Shown: positions 28,650 through 38,318, numbered from the stretch's first letter. The stretch: DNA of 64,000 bases from an uncultured Ruminiclostridium sp. (GCA_910588335.1 CAJUQV010000018.1:161-64160); one strand, 5' to 3'. Program-made: numbers and translations. Notes: generated by a model from the sequence alone, not told the origin.

Positions 28650-29849
28650 TCAAAGACCGCAAAGTTCCTTTGTATCTCTCGCGATCAAAAGCTCCTCATT
28701 TGTGGGAACAACCCATACCTCTACTTTACTGTCGGGAGCCGAAATTTTGGCAAGCTCGCCCTGTGTCTTAGCATTCAACTCCTCATCAAGCTTTATTCCC
28801 ATATAGTCCATATCCTTGCAGGCGCCGGAACGAACCCCTGCGGCATTTTCGCCTATGCCTCCGGTGAAAAGCACTGCGTCAAGCCCGTTCATAACAGCGG
28901 CATAAGCGCCGATATATTTCTTTATACCGTATTTAAGCATTTCACTTACCAACTGAGCGCGCTTATTGCCGTCTTTTGCGGCGGCTTCAACATCTCTGTT
29001 GTCGCTGGAAACTCCGCTTATTCCCAAAAATCCCGACTTTTTGTTTAAATACTCGCTCATTTCGGAAGCACCGAGACCTAACTTCTTCTGAACGAAAGTA
29101 ACGGCAGAGGGATCGACACAGCCGCTTCTTGTTCCCATAATAACACCGTCGAGAGGTGTAAAGCCCATTGAGGTATCAACCGACTTTCCTCCGTCTACCG
29201 CGGTAATTGAAGATCCATTGCCCAAATGACAGGAAACGATCTTTAAATCCTCAACGTTTTTACCCATAGCTTTTGCCAGCGCTTTGGATACAAAACGATG
29301 GGAGGTACCGTGGAAACCGTATTTTCTTACATGAAATTTTTCGTAGCACTCATATGGCATGCCGAACATATATGCTTTTTCGGGCATAGTCTGGTGAAAC
29401 GCCGTATCGAATACAACAACCTGAGGAACATAATCGGGAATAACCTTCTTGCACGCCCTCAAAGCGAGAGCATGAGGATGATTATGTACGGGAGCAAGTT
29501 CGGAAAGACCGTCAATCTGATCAATAACCTCATCGGTTACTATGGTTGCCTTATCGAATATTTCGGCGCCCTGTACTATTCTGTGGCCTACCGCGGCAAT
29601 TTCATCCATTGTCCTGATAACGGCGGCGTCTCCTTCGGTAAGCGCCTTTACAACTCGTTCAAAGGCTTCCGTATGCGTGGGGAAATCACAATCCTCACTC
29701 ACTTGTCTGCCCTCAAAGGTTTTGTGAGTAATATGACCATCCATGCCTATTCTTTCACAATTGCCCTTTGCAATTACGCTCTCGTCATCCATATCAATAA
29801 GCTGATATTTCAGCGAAGAACTGCCCGCATTGATAACTAAAATTTTCAT
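28650..29849 (-). CDS. ackA: acetate kinase
   Basis: 399 aa with INAGSSSLKYQL and HLGNGSS motifs. Confidence 0.95.
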   Translation of the reverse strand: MKILVINAGSSSLKYQLIDMDDESVIAKGNCERIGMDGHITHKTFEGRQVSEDCDFPTHTEAFERVVKALTEGDAAVIRTMDEIAAVGHRIVQGAEIFDKATIVTDEVIDQIDGLSELAPVHNHPHALALRACKKVIPDYVPQVVVFDTAFHQTMPEKAYMFGMPYECYEKFHVRKYGFHGTSHRFVSKALAKAMGKNVEDLKIVSCHLGNGSSITAVDGGKSVDTSMGFTPLDGVIMGTRSGCVDPSAVTFVQKKLGLGASEMSEYLNKKSGFLGISGVSSDNRDVEAAAKDGNKRAQLVSEMLKYGIKKYIGAYAAVMNGLDAVLFTGGIGENAAGVRSGACKDMDYMGIKLDEELNAKTQGELAKISAPDSKVEVWVVPTNEELLIARDTKELCGL

Positions 29850-29952
29850 TATGCTTTGTTCCTTCCTTTTAATTTAATTTACTAAATAACATTTTATATC
29901 AAAAAAGAAAAAAAATCAAGTATTTTTTCTGTTTTTTGTTAAATATTAAAAT

Positions 29953-30133
29953 TTAAGGCAATACCGCACCAAAGATTGTCGTGCAGACGCGCAGTCAGCT
30001 TTTTCGTCAGATTGTCCAAAACGATGCAGGAATACCGGCGTATTTCAAGGAGCTTTGGACAAAAATGACGGAAAAGATGCGAGCGTATGTGCGGCAAAGC
30101 GCGTAGCGCGGTCTTTGCGCAGTGTTGCCTTAA
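29953..30133. repeat. 181-bp rod-like imperfect palindrome with TTAAGGCAATACCGC arms (repeat family 2, long copy)
   Basis: Five nested stems checked by hand: 29953-29978/30108-30133, ACGCGC/GCGCGT, CTTTTTCGTCA/TGACGGAAAAG, GTCCAAA/TTTGGAC, and AATAC/GTATT around the loop CGGC at 30036-30039. Confidence 0.65.
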
Positions 30134-30159
30134 CTGTTTATATTAAGGAGCTGTTTAAA

Positions 30160-31326
30160 ATGAACATCTGCGGAATAATCTGTGAATACAATCCTTTTCA
30201 TAACGGCCACAAATATCATATTGAACAAACCCGAAGCGCCTGCGGTGCGACCCACACAGTAGGAGTCATGAGCGGGAATTTCACTCAACGAGGCGATGTG
30301 GCCATCACGGATAAGTATAAAAGAACCGAAACCGCGTTAAAAAACGGAATCGACCTTGTTATAGAACTTCCGGTTGCATATTCTCTCGGCAGCGCGGAGC
30401 AATTTGCCAAAGGGGCTGTGTATCTGCTTAATTCGCTCGGATGTGTAAATACGCTCAGTTTCGGAAGCGAAAGCGGAGATATAAATGCACTGCGCGAGGC
30501 GGCAGGTGCGGTACTGTACGCTCAGGAAAGCGAGGAACTGACTTCTTATATGAAAGAAGGGCTGAGCTATCCTTCGGCACTTCAAAAGGTCATAGGAAAA
30601 TACTATACAGACGATGTAATTGAAACGTTAGCTTCTCCCAACAACACCTTAGCTGTAGAATACATCAAGGCCTTAGACAGTATAGCGTCTCCGATAAAGC
30701 CTTTTACAATAAAACGTCATGCGGCGGCTCACGACAGTACGATCAATGATCCGAATCAGGAAATTCTTTCCGCATCACAGTTAAGAAAAATGATAGAAGC
30801 TAAGGAAGATATTTCCCGTTACGCACCTGAATGCGATTTATCCGAAACGGCTTCCGTTTACAATATCGAAACAGCCATACTTTCAAAACTCAGAATGATA
30901 AACAAGGCGGCGCTTGAAAAAACGCCTAACGTGATTATGGGACTGGAGAACAGGATACAAAGAGCCGTGTCCGTAGCTTCGAGTCTGAACGAACTTTATT
31001 TTCTCGTAAAAACAAAAAGGTACACCCTCGCAAGAATCAGAAGGATAATCTTATCCGCCTTTTTGGGAATTACAAAAAACGACTTGCAAATTCTTCCTTC
31101 TTATGTTAGAATTTTAGGTATGAACGGTAAAGGCAAAGAAATATTGTCGGAAGCAAAGTGCGATATTCCCATAAACACTTCCCTATCACAGCTTGCCGAA
31201 ACAAGCGACAATGCCAGAAAACAGGCCAAACTTGAGGCTCGCTGCGGCGATCAGTATGCTCTTGCCTTTAAGAAAAAACGTCCCTGCGGTCTTGAATATA
31301 CTTCAAAACCGATTATCCTTAATTAA
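30160..31326 (+). CDS. tmcAL: tRNA(Met) cytidine acetate ligase (YlbM/UPF0348 nucleotidyltransferase)
   Basis: MNICGIICEYNPFHNGHKYH..MSGNFTQRGD..DLVIELP..FGSESGD..SPNNTLAVEY closely parallels B. subtilis YlbM. The true start is the ATG at 30160 with RBS AAGGAG. The ORF-track extension from 30055 lies inside the palindrome. Confidence 0.88.
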   Translation: MNICGIICEYNPFHNGHKYHIEQTRSACGATHTVGVMSGNFTQRGDVAITDKYKRTETALKNGIDLVIELPVAYSLGSAEQFAKGAVYLLNSLGCVNTLSFGSESGDINALREAAGAVLYAQESEELTSYMKEGLSYPSALQKVIGKYYTDDVIETLASPNNTLAVEYIKALDSIASPIKPFTIKRHAAAHDSTINDPNQEILSASQLRKMIEAKEDISRYAPECDLSETASVYNIETAILSKLRMINKAALEKTPNVIMGLENRIQRAVSVASSLNELYFLVKTKRYTLARIRRIILSAFLGITKNDLQILPSYVRILGMNGKGKEILSEAKCDIPINTSLSQLAETSDNARKQAKLEARCGDQYALAFKKKRPCGLEYTSKPIILN

Positions 31327-31398
31327 CGGCGTTTTCGTCGGCAAAACCGAAAACCGATGAAACGATAAAAATGTACTTTACAGAAAGGAATTAAAAAA

Positions 31399-32331
31399 AT
31401 GAGCGTAAATTTTTCCGAGATCAGCTATAAAAATTTCGGCAAGTGCATAAAAATGGAGAATGACACCACCGAGCTTATCGTAACCGTGGACGTGGGTCCC
31501 CGTGTAATTTATTACGGACTTAAGGGAAAACGCAATATTTTTCGCGAGGATATAAACCGTGACAGCTTCAATGACAAGCAGCAGCTACACGATTTCTTTG
31601 AAACGGAGGAAAATTGGTACATATACGGAGGCCACAGGCTCTGGAGCAGTCCCGAAAGTTACCCCGAAAGCTATACCCCCGACAATCACCCCGTTCCGTA
31701 TGATATAGACGGAAATACAATAAAGCTTATGCCCGAAGACAGAGTAAAAGTAGGCGAAAGACATATAATGACAGTAACTTTGAACGACAGTTCTTCAGAT
31801 GTTACAATAAAGCACGCCATTAAAAATATTGCCGATTACGAAATAAAACTGGCTCCTTGGTGCCTTACAGTGGCGGAAAAGGGCGGGGTTGAGATATTTC
31901 CGCTTTGCACTGAGGATACCGGTCTTTTATCAAATCGGCGAATGGTATTCTGGGCATATTCGGATGTTCGTGATCCCCGATTTTTTATGTGCGACAAATA
32001 TGTGACATTAGCGCAGACCGACATGGAGCAGGCGTTTAAAATAGGCGTAAACAATCAGGATGGCTGGGGCGCATACCTTAATAACGGACAGCTTTTTATC
32101 AAGAGATTTGATTTTGACCCAACGGGTGAATATCCCGATTTTTCCGTAAACTACGAAACTTATACCAATCAGTTTATAATGGAGATAGAATCATTGGGTA
32201 CTCTTGAATCACTGCGTCCCGGAGAATACACCGAGTATGAAGAGCGCTGGCAGATAAAAGAGTGCGATGACGGCTTTGACCAAACGGATCCCGACAGTAT
32301 CGATTCTTTTGTAAAAAAGCATATACTTTAA
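31399..32331 (+). CDS. hypothetical protein, possibly DUF4380 / galactose-mutarotase-like fold
   Basis: 310 aa. The YGGHRLWSSPE segment and the beta-rich composition resemble DUF4380-type proteins, but the assignment is tentative. Confidence 0.45.
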   Translation: MSVNFSEISYKNFGKCIKMENDTTELIVTVDVGPRVIYYGLKGKRNIFREDINRDSFNDKQQLHDFFETEENWYIYGGHRLWSSPESYPESYTPDNHPVPYDIDGNTIKLMPEDRVKVGERHIMTVTLNDSSSDVTIKHAIKNIADYEIKLAPWCLTVAEKGGVEIFPLCTEDTGLLSNRRMVFWAYSDVRDPRFFMCDKYVTLAQTDMEQAFKIGVNNQDGWGAYLNNGQLFIKRFDFDPTGEYPDFSVNYETYTNQFIMEIESLGTLESLRPGEYTEYEERWQIKECDDGFDQTDPDSIDSFVKKHIL

Positions 32332-32438
32332 CTAATTTTTGAGCAAGGCATATACAAATAATACGGAGAATCAAAGATTAGTGCTCAGAGTGCAACCTTA
32401 AATCAAATCCGCAACTTGTTTTAAGATTTGTATTAAAC
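32330..32438 (+). repeat. repeat family 1, full-length two-module copy (diverged)
   Basis: AACTAATTTTTGAGCAAGGCATATACAAATAATACGGAGAATCAAAGATTAGTGCTCAGAGTGCAACCTTAAATCAAATCCGCAACTTGTTTTAAGATTTGTATTAAAC aligns end to end with the 49272 copy. It starts at the TAA stop of the upstream gene. Confidence 0.65.
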
Positions 32439-32482
32439 GGCAAAAACAACCGCAATTTTACAGCACAACAAGGAGAGCTTAA

Positions 32483-33820
32483 ATGAACAGGTTTGAACAG
32501 CTTAGGGAAAAACATGGGGAATTTATTTATGAAAGCTATGAAATAAACGATGACAGCTTTGTTTTTCATTTTCGTATGGACAGTCATTGTTTTTCCCCAA
32601 AATGGAGCTTTACGCCGGAGCTTATAAAAAATGCCCAAAACAAGGAGCTGTTGGAATACGCGGTTTTTTCTTTGGGTATGTCCGAACTTGTCAGCTACTG
32701 GAAATGTGCCTGCCCTCCCACGGTAAAAATAAACTGCGGAGCGCTTAACGCGGATCAGGTGAAATGGTGGAAAAAGCTTTATTTCAACGGATTGGGCGAA
32801 TTCTTTTACAGAAACGGCATAGATACCGATATTGAAAATTTTATGGATATTGTCCCCAAAAACAGCCACACTCCGGTCTCCTCCACTTCCGCGCCAGACG
32901 GAAAACCCGAAGCGGGATTTCTTATTCCCGTTGGCGGCGGAAAAGACAGCGTTGTTACACTTGAGCTTCTTAAAGATTATAAGGATAAAAACGCCTGTTA
33001 TATCATAAATCCGAGGGGTGCGACCTTAAACTGCGCCCATACCGCGGGTTATTCCGACGATGATATTATCGGAGTAAAAAGAACTATTGACAAGGAGCTT
33101 CTTAAGCTGAACTCCATGGGCTATCTTAACGGCCACACACCGCTCTCAGCCGTAATAGCATTCTCCTCTTGGATATTCGCTTACTGCGGCGGTAAAAAAT
33201 ATATTGCTTTATCAAATGAAAGCAGCGCCAACGAATCCAATGTAAGCGGCACCGAAATAAACCATCAGTACAGTAAAAGCACCGAATTTGAAGCGGATTT
33301 CCGAATGTATACAAAGACTTATTTAACTGATTTTCCGGAATATTTCAGTATGCTGCGCCCTTGGAGCGAGTGGCAGATTACAAAAAGATTCGTTACTCTT
33401 CCAAAGTATTTCCCTGTTTTCCAGAGCTGCAATTTAGGCTCAAAAACAGACTGCTGGTGCGCAAACTGCGCCAAATGCCTGTACGTTTACATCATGCTTT
33501 CGGCGTTTCTGGACGATGATCAGCTAATGAGCATATTCGGGAAAAATATGCTTCAAAACGACGAATACAAAGATATGTTCAACGGTCTTGTGTATCAGGA
33601 TTTCGACAAACCATTTGAGTGCGTGGGCACAAGGGACGAAATAAAGCTTGCTCTTTATACCGCAGCCAAAAAAAGAAGTGGAAAGGATCTACCTTATCTG
33701 CTTAAGGAATATATTGAAAAAAACGGCGACGAACCTCCGTCTCTTGATAATTACTTTGATAAAAACAATTTTGTGCCTAAAGAATTTATCGGGCTTCTGA
33801 AAAGAGAGGAAACGTTGTAA
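32483..33820 (+). CDS. PP-loop-type ATP-utilising protein; candidate UDP-MurNAc-L-Ala-L-Glu epimerase (MurL-like)
   Basis: 445 aa with the PP-loop-like motif PVGGGKDSVV and the Cys cluster C-x8-CWCANCAKC. Its stop lies 2 nt before the murD start. Confidence 0.5.
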   Translation: MNRFEQLREKHGEFIYESYEINDDSFVFHFRMDSHCFSPKWSFTPELIKNAQNKELLEYAVFSLGMSELVSYWKCACPPTVKINCGALNADQVKWWKKLYFNGLGEFFYRNGIDTDIENFMDIVPKNSHTPVSSTSAPDGKPEAGFLIPVGGGKDSVVTLELLKDYKDKNACYIINPRGATLNCAHTAGYSDDDIIGVKRTIDKELLKLNSMGYLNGHTPLSAVIAFSSWIFAYCGGKKYIALSNESSANESNVSGTEINHQYSKSTEFEADFRMYTKTYLTDFPEYFSMLRPWSEWQITKRFVTLPKYFPVFQSCNLGSKTDCWCANCAKCLYVYIMLSAFLDDDQLMSIFGKNMLQNDEYKDMFNGLVYQDFDKPFECVGTRDEIKLALYTAAKKRSGKDLPYLLKEYIEKNGDEPPSLDNYFDKNNFVPKEFIGLLKREETL

Positions 33821-33822
33821 AT

Positions 33823-35136
33823 ATGAATATTAAAGAAAAACTCGGTTTGTTTTTTAAAGATAAGAGTATTGCAATATTGGGATTCGGGCGGGAAGGAAAG
33901 TCAACTCTCGATATTTTAAGTGAAATCGGCTGCAAAAATGTCGCTGTGCTTGATAAAAACGATGTGGACAAAAATGCCGCATGCGGGTGTACACTTCACT
34001 GTGGAGATAATTACCTTGATTTTCTTAAAGAATACGATATAATAATGAAGTCCCCCGGAATAGCGCTGTTTGATTCCGTAAGCGCTGATATCAAGGAGAA
34101 AATTACCTCACAAACAGATCTTTTTTTGCGCTTCTGCGATAATAAAATAATCGGCATTACGGGAACAAAAGGGAAATCCACCACCTCAAGCCTTATTGAA
34201 CATATAATGAATTACTGCGGAAAAAAAGCCGTTTTAATAGGAAATATAGGTATTCCGCCTTTGTCCGTGATTGACAGCTTGGAAAAAGATACAATTGTCG
34301 TCTGCGAAATGTCATGCCATCAGCTTGAATATGTTAAGGCGTCTCCTCATACAGCCGTTTTGCTCAATATTTATGAAGAGCATCTGGATCACTATGTTAA
34401 TTTTAACGCTTACAAAGCTGCAAAAGAGAATATTTATATGCATCAAATAGATGGTGATCTGCTTATTTATAACAAAGAGCTTGAAAACAGCGCAATCAAT
34501 TCTCTTCTTGCCGAAAAAATCTCCGTTTCACAGGATTATACCGCCGACGTTTATCTTGACGGCAGCGACATAATATTTTTTGACAAGAAGATACCCTTTG
34601 AAAAGCTGTCTCCAAAGCTTGAAGGACATCATAATCTTTACAATATAGCCGCGGCGCTTACAGCCGCCGTTAAAAACGGCTGTGATATCAATAAAGCGGC
34701 GGAGGCCGTAAGCCTCTTTAACGGATTGGAACACCGAATGGAAACCGTAAGAACCGTAAACGGCGTTAAATACGTCAATGACAGCATAAGTACCATACCT
34801 TTGGCGGCAATAAACGCAGTCAAGACTTTTAACGCGGATACACTGATAATCGGCGGTATGGACAGAGGAATTAACTACGAGATTCTGTCGGATTTTCTTA
34901 ACGGCGGAGCGGTGAAAAACATAATATGTCTTCCCGACAGCGGTTACAGAATCGCGGATACTTTAAATACACGTTCAAATGTCATTAAAGTAAAAAATAT
35001 GGAAGAAGCGGTACAAAAGGCGAGCGAAGTTTCCAAAAACTGCTGTGTGCTTTCTCCGGCCGCCGCAAGCTATGGGTTTTACAAAAATTTTGAAGAGAGG
35101 GGAAAGCATTTTAAGGAGCTCGTTAATTTGCTTTAA
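33823..35136 (+). CDS. murD: UDP-N-acetylmuramoyl-L-alanine--glutamate ligase (MurD; possibly the L-Glu-specific MurD2 type)
   Basis: 437 aa Mur ligase with N-terminal ILGFGREGKS Rossmann motif and the GITGTKGKSTT P-loop. Confidence 0.85.
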   Translation: MNIKEKLGLFFKDKSIAILGFGREGKSTLDILSEIGCKNVAVLDKNDVDKNAACGCTLHCGDNYLDFLKEYDIIMKSPGIALFDSVSADIKEKITSQTDLFLRFCDNKIIGITGTKGKSTTSSLIEHIMNYCGKKAVLIGNIGIPPLSVIDSLEKDTIVVCEMSCHQLEYVKASPHTAVLLNIYEEHLDHYVNFNAYKAAKENIYMHQIDGDLLIYNKELENSAINSLLAEKISVSQDYTADVYLDGSDIIFFDKKIPFEKLSPKLEGHHNLYNIAAALTAAVKNGCDINKAAEAVSLFNGLEHRMETVRTVNGVKYVNDSISTIPLAAINAVKTFNADTLIIGGMDRGINYEILSDFLNGGAVKNIICLPDSGYRIADTLNTRSNVIKVKNMEEAVQKASEVSKNCCVLSPAAASYGFYKNFEERGKHFKELVNLL

Positions 35137-35189
35137 CCTTAATGTAAGTTTTTTTGAATACTTTTTATACTATGCCTTGTGGACAATAA

Positions 35190-35261
35190 AAGTCGCACAA
35201 ATGGAGGGATCTCCCTGAAAAGTACGAACCTTGGGAAACAGTGTACTCCAAATTTTGTTAA
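35190..35261 (+). pseudogene. relic of an IS5-family (DUF4096-type) transposase N-terminus
   Basis: The frame starting after the TAA at 35187 reads KSHKWRDLPEKYEPWETVYSKFC*. This matches the conserved WRDLPExxGPWxTVYxRFxRW block of IS5/IS427-group transposases. Only about 20 codons survive. Confidence 0.5.
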
Positions 35262-35266
35262 TAGTA

Positions 35267-35301
35267 AAACAGCCTTTGAGATTTAATCCAAAGGCTGTTT
35301 T
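35267..35301. terminator. bidirectional terminator between murD and the GGDEF gene
   Basis: AAAACAGCCTTTG-N9-CAAAGGCTGTTTT, a perfect 13-bp stem with A-run and T-run flanks. Confidence 0.6.
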
Positions 35302-35397
35302 ACACTAATCTTTGATCAAGGTATAAACAAATAATACGGGTGATCAAAGATTAGTGCTTAAGGTGCAATCTCTATTCAAGTCTACAATTGGTATTAC
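35301..35397 (+). repeat. repeat family 1 copy (module 1 intact, module 2 with a 12-bp deletion)
   Basis: TACACTAATCTTTGATCAAGGTATAAACAAATAATACGGGTGATCAAAGATTAGTGCTTAAGGTGCAATCTCTATTCAAGTCTACAATTGGTATTAC. Module 1 has a perfect 14-bp stem. Confidence 0.7.
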
Positions 35398-35411
35398 ATA
35401 TTAAAAATAAC

Positions 35412-36542
35412 TTACTTTACGGATTCAACATTTTTGTCAATAATAACGTTCTTCCCGTTTTCCTTACCGTAATAAAGCCGCGTATCCGCTATCTGAACCA
35501 AAGCGTCTATATTCATGGAAGGGTCTATAAACTCTGTATGCTCCAAAATTTCCAGACAGTCTACAAAACCGAAAGTCATTGTTACGGTTACCTTTTTGTC
35601 ACCTTGCGTAAATTCCAAATCAAGTATTTTATTCCTTATTTCATTCAGTTTTGCAAGGCAGCTTTCCTTCGAGCCGGCTATTACCAGCAGAAACTCTTCC
35701 CCGCCCCAGCGACAGGCAATATCGTTTTTATCCGCCATCTCGTTCATTATTAAGGAAACGCCTTTAAGAACATCGTCGCCGCAACCGTGACCGTATGTAT
35801 CATTTATTTTCTTGAAATTATCAATGTCGCCCATTACAACGCAAAAGTTACCATTATCCTTAATCTCGTCGTACATTTTATACAGGCTTCGTCGATTGTA
35901 AAGCCCGGTCAAAGCATCGTGCATAGCGGAGTAATTGAGTTTTTCGTTTACGGTATTCAGTTTTCTGATAAGTACCTGAATCTCAACAATAAACATTACA
36001 GAAAAGAAAAAAGTTATAATGATATTGAAAAGCAGATTGACGGCGCGCATAGCACCAATGTGTGACTTATCGGGAATCTTTCCGAATACACTTGTTATTA
36101 TGGGATCAAAAAAATTAAAATATATCAGACAAAACAGCACTGAAACCAATGTTATAACTGTAAATATCATTATAATCCCAAGAAACTGACGTTTTTCGCA
36201 GGCAAGATAAAGCACATATGCCGCAACCATAAGCACAATTATTGCATAAAGATAAAAACACGGCTCAAAACCCAGCCATAATGTACATATAAAGGCATGA
36301 CCGGTGATTTCCGCATAGCAAGCAGAAAGCCAACCCACTCCATGTTTTTCAATATCTCCCCAGCGACCAACCGCAAAGGCGATAAGATAAAACAATACGC
36401 TGATAATGTTAAAGGTCATCAATACGTATATACGAGTTAGCATAAAGGTTATCAAAAACACGCTGTGCATCATGGCGCTTATAAAAAATATTACCTGATA
36501 TTTAAAAGAGCTTTTTAGCTCAATTTCCAAGATATTTTTCAT
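35412..36542 (-). CDS. membrane-anchored diguanylate cyclase (GGDEF domain)
   Basis: About 5 N-terminal TM helices and a C-terminal GGDEF domain with RWGGEEFLL. The start is either the ATG at 36542 or the GTG at 36563. Confidence 0.85.
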   Translation of the reverse strand: MKNILEIELKSSFKYQVIFFISAMMHSVFLITFMLTRIYVLMTFNIISVLFYLIAFAVGRWGDIEKHGVGWLSACYAEITGHAFICTLWLGFEPCFYLYAIIVLMVAAYVLYLACEKRQFLGIIMIFTVITLVSVLFCLIYFNFFDPIITSVFGKIPDKSHIGAMRAVNLLFNIIITFFFSVMFIVEIQVLIRKLNTVNEKLNYSAMHDALTGLYNRRSLYKMYDEIKDNGNFCVVMGDIDNFKKINDTYGHGCGDDVLKGVSLIMNEMADKNDIACRWGGEEFLLVIAGSKESCLAKLNEIRNKILDLEFTQGDKKVTVTMTFGFVDCLEILEHTEFIDPSMNIDALVQIADTRLYYGKENGKNVIIDKNVESVK

Positions 36543-36932
36543 TAACCTTATTTCTCCATTCACTCTAAATACAACTTACCACACTTGAAAAAAATAATCA
36601 ATTTTTTAAATCCGTATCAATAAAATGTTAAAAATTTTATAATTTACTTGTAAATCACCGCTTCTTCCTTTTTTATTTTATATGCGTACCATTCAATACG
36701 CTCGGAAAACAATCAATGTCCTCAGTCTGCTGTAATCATAAAACACCAAAATTTTCAAAAAAATATTGTAGCATATAATTTTTGTCATATAATAAAAATG
36801 CAGAATATCCTTATATAAACTCTACCAAGCCTTTTAATTTATTCACTCCTGCCATTTCCCGCAAACGGATTGAACTATACTTTATAATCATCCACTACAA
36901 AGTTTCCTCTCTCTAACTTATCTTGTCAGCGT

Positions 36933-37526
36933 TTAATTCATATTACTAAAGCCAAACATATTCATTTCCACGGCCTCGTCCGAAAAAAAATCGCACTCCC
37001 GTTGATCATGAGTAACAAAAATAACGGTTTTTCCTTTTGTCATCTCCTTGCAATACTCCATAACAAGGTTTTTTGTATCCAAATCAAGCCCCTTAAAGGG
37101 CTCGTCAAGAAATAGTACTTCAGAATCGGCCAATAAAGCTCTTAACAAAGCTACCCTTCGCTTCATGCCGCCGCTAAGTTGGCTTACCGCCTTGTTTTCA
37201 CAGTCATTAAGCCCTATTCGAAGCAGCTCGGCGGTTATCTCATGCCCATTATACTTTTTTCCTGTAACCAGACGAATATTGGCGGAGGCGGTGAGATTTT
37301 CACACAGCCTGTTTTCCTGAAAAACCGCGCTTATCGGAGCGGGACATTGTACCGTACCGCTATCGGGTGGCAAAAGTCCCATCATTATAGACAGAAGCGT
37401 GGTTTTTCCGCTGCCGGATTGTCCCATTATCGCAGTGACTTTTTTATCGGTAAAATTATGCGAAAAACCATTCAGCACCACATTGTCTCCAAAAGATTTT
37501 TTTAAATCCGAAACAATAACGCCCAT
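36933..37526 (-). CDS. ABC transporter ATP-binding protein (NitT/TauT-type, short)
   Basis: 197 aa with Walker A GQSGSGKTT, signature LSGGMKRR and Walker B LFLDEP. Confidence 0.85.
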   Translation of the reverse strand: MGVIVSDLKKSFGDNVVLNGFSHNFTDKKVTAIMGQSGSGKTTLLSIMMGLLPPDSGTVQCPAPISAVFQENRLCENLTASANIRLVTGKKYNGHEITAELLRIGLNDCENKAVSQLSGGMKRRVALLRALLADSEVLFLDEPFKGLDLDTKNLVMEYCKEMTKGKTVIFVTHDQRECDFFSDEAVEMNMFGFSNMN

Positions 37527-37543
37527 TTCTTAACTCGCTCCCA

Positions 37544-38290
37544 TCACATTTTCTCAACGCGTTTAACAATAAGCTTTATTACAGATATAAAAGCTTTTTC
37601 GCAAAGCCAGCTTACAAAAATAATAACCGCTGTCCAAGCGAACAAATCTGCGGTTTCAAGATAAATTTTCGCCTGATAAAGCTTTTCGCCAATAGAACCG
37701 TCAGGAATCCCGATTACCTCCGCCGCCGCTCCCGATTTCCAGCAAAGTCCTATTGCAAGACCCGTCGCCGAACGAAAATAAGGCAGAAGTTGGGACAAAT
37801 AAATTCCCACAAATCTGCGCATTGGAGGAATCCCAAATACCGTAGACATTTCCTTAAGCTTAGAATCAAGCGAATCAATTCCCTCCAGCATATTTATATA
37901 TACTATCGGCACACAGATAAGAAGTGTAACAAGCACTGAAAGATTTTTAGAGGACACCCAGATAAGTGCCAAAATAGTAAAAGAAGCTACCGGAACGGCC
38001 TTAAGCACTGAAATAAGCGGTGAAAGAAGTTTTCGCAAAAAAACATATCTTCCGGAAAACACCGCCAATCCCGTTCCTGCCGTCAGCCCCAAAGCAAAGC
38101 CCGAAAGTATTCTCCCCGCCGAAAACATCACGCTTTTCCAGAAATCCGCGCTCGGTATCAGCTCGATCAATTTTAGCGCCACATCGACGGGAGTTACAAG
38201 GAGTATTCTTTGATTCAGCGCCATGGCACCCACCTGCCAGACAACAAGCCAAAAAAATACGCATAACAATGATATAACGCGTTTTTTCAT
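37544..38290 (-). CDS. ABC transporter permease (NitT/TauT family)
   Basis: 248 aa polytopic membrane protein lying between the ATPase and binding-protein genes. Confidence 0.8.
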   Translation of the reverse strand: MKKRVISLLCVFFWLVVWQVGAMALNQRILLVTPVDVALKLIELIPSADFWKSVMFSAGRILSGFALGLTAGTGLAVFSGRYVFLRKLLSPLISVLKAVPVASFTILALIWVSSKNLSVLVTLLICVPIVYINMLEGIDSLDSKLKEMSTVFGIPPMRRFVGIYLSQLLPYFRSATGLAIGLCWKSGAAAEVIGIPDGSIGEKLYQAKIYLETADLFAWTAVIIFVSWLCEKAFISVIKLIVKRVEKM

Positions 38291-38318
38291 TTTCCGGTAT
38301 TCCTTTTATTATCTTATA

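Noticed and set aside
30055-30159. ORF-track N-terminal extension of tmcAL (MDKNDGKDASVCAAKRVARSLRS...).
   Set aside because: The extension lies entirely inside the 181-bp palindrome. The conserved YlbM N-terminus starts at the ATG at 30160, which has a strong AAGGAG RBS.
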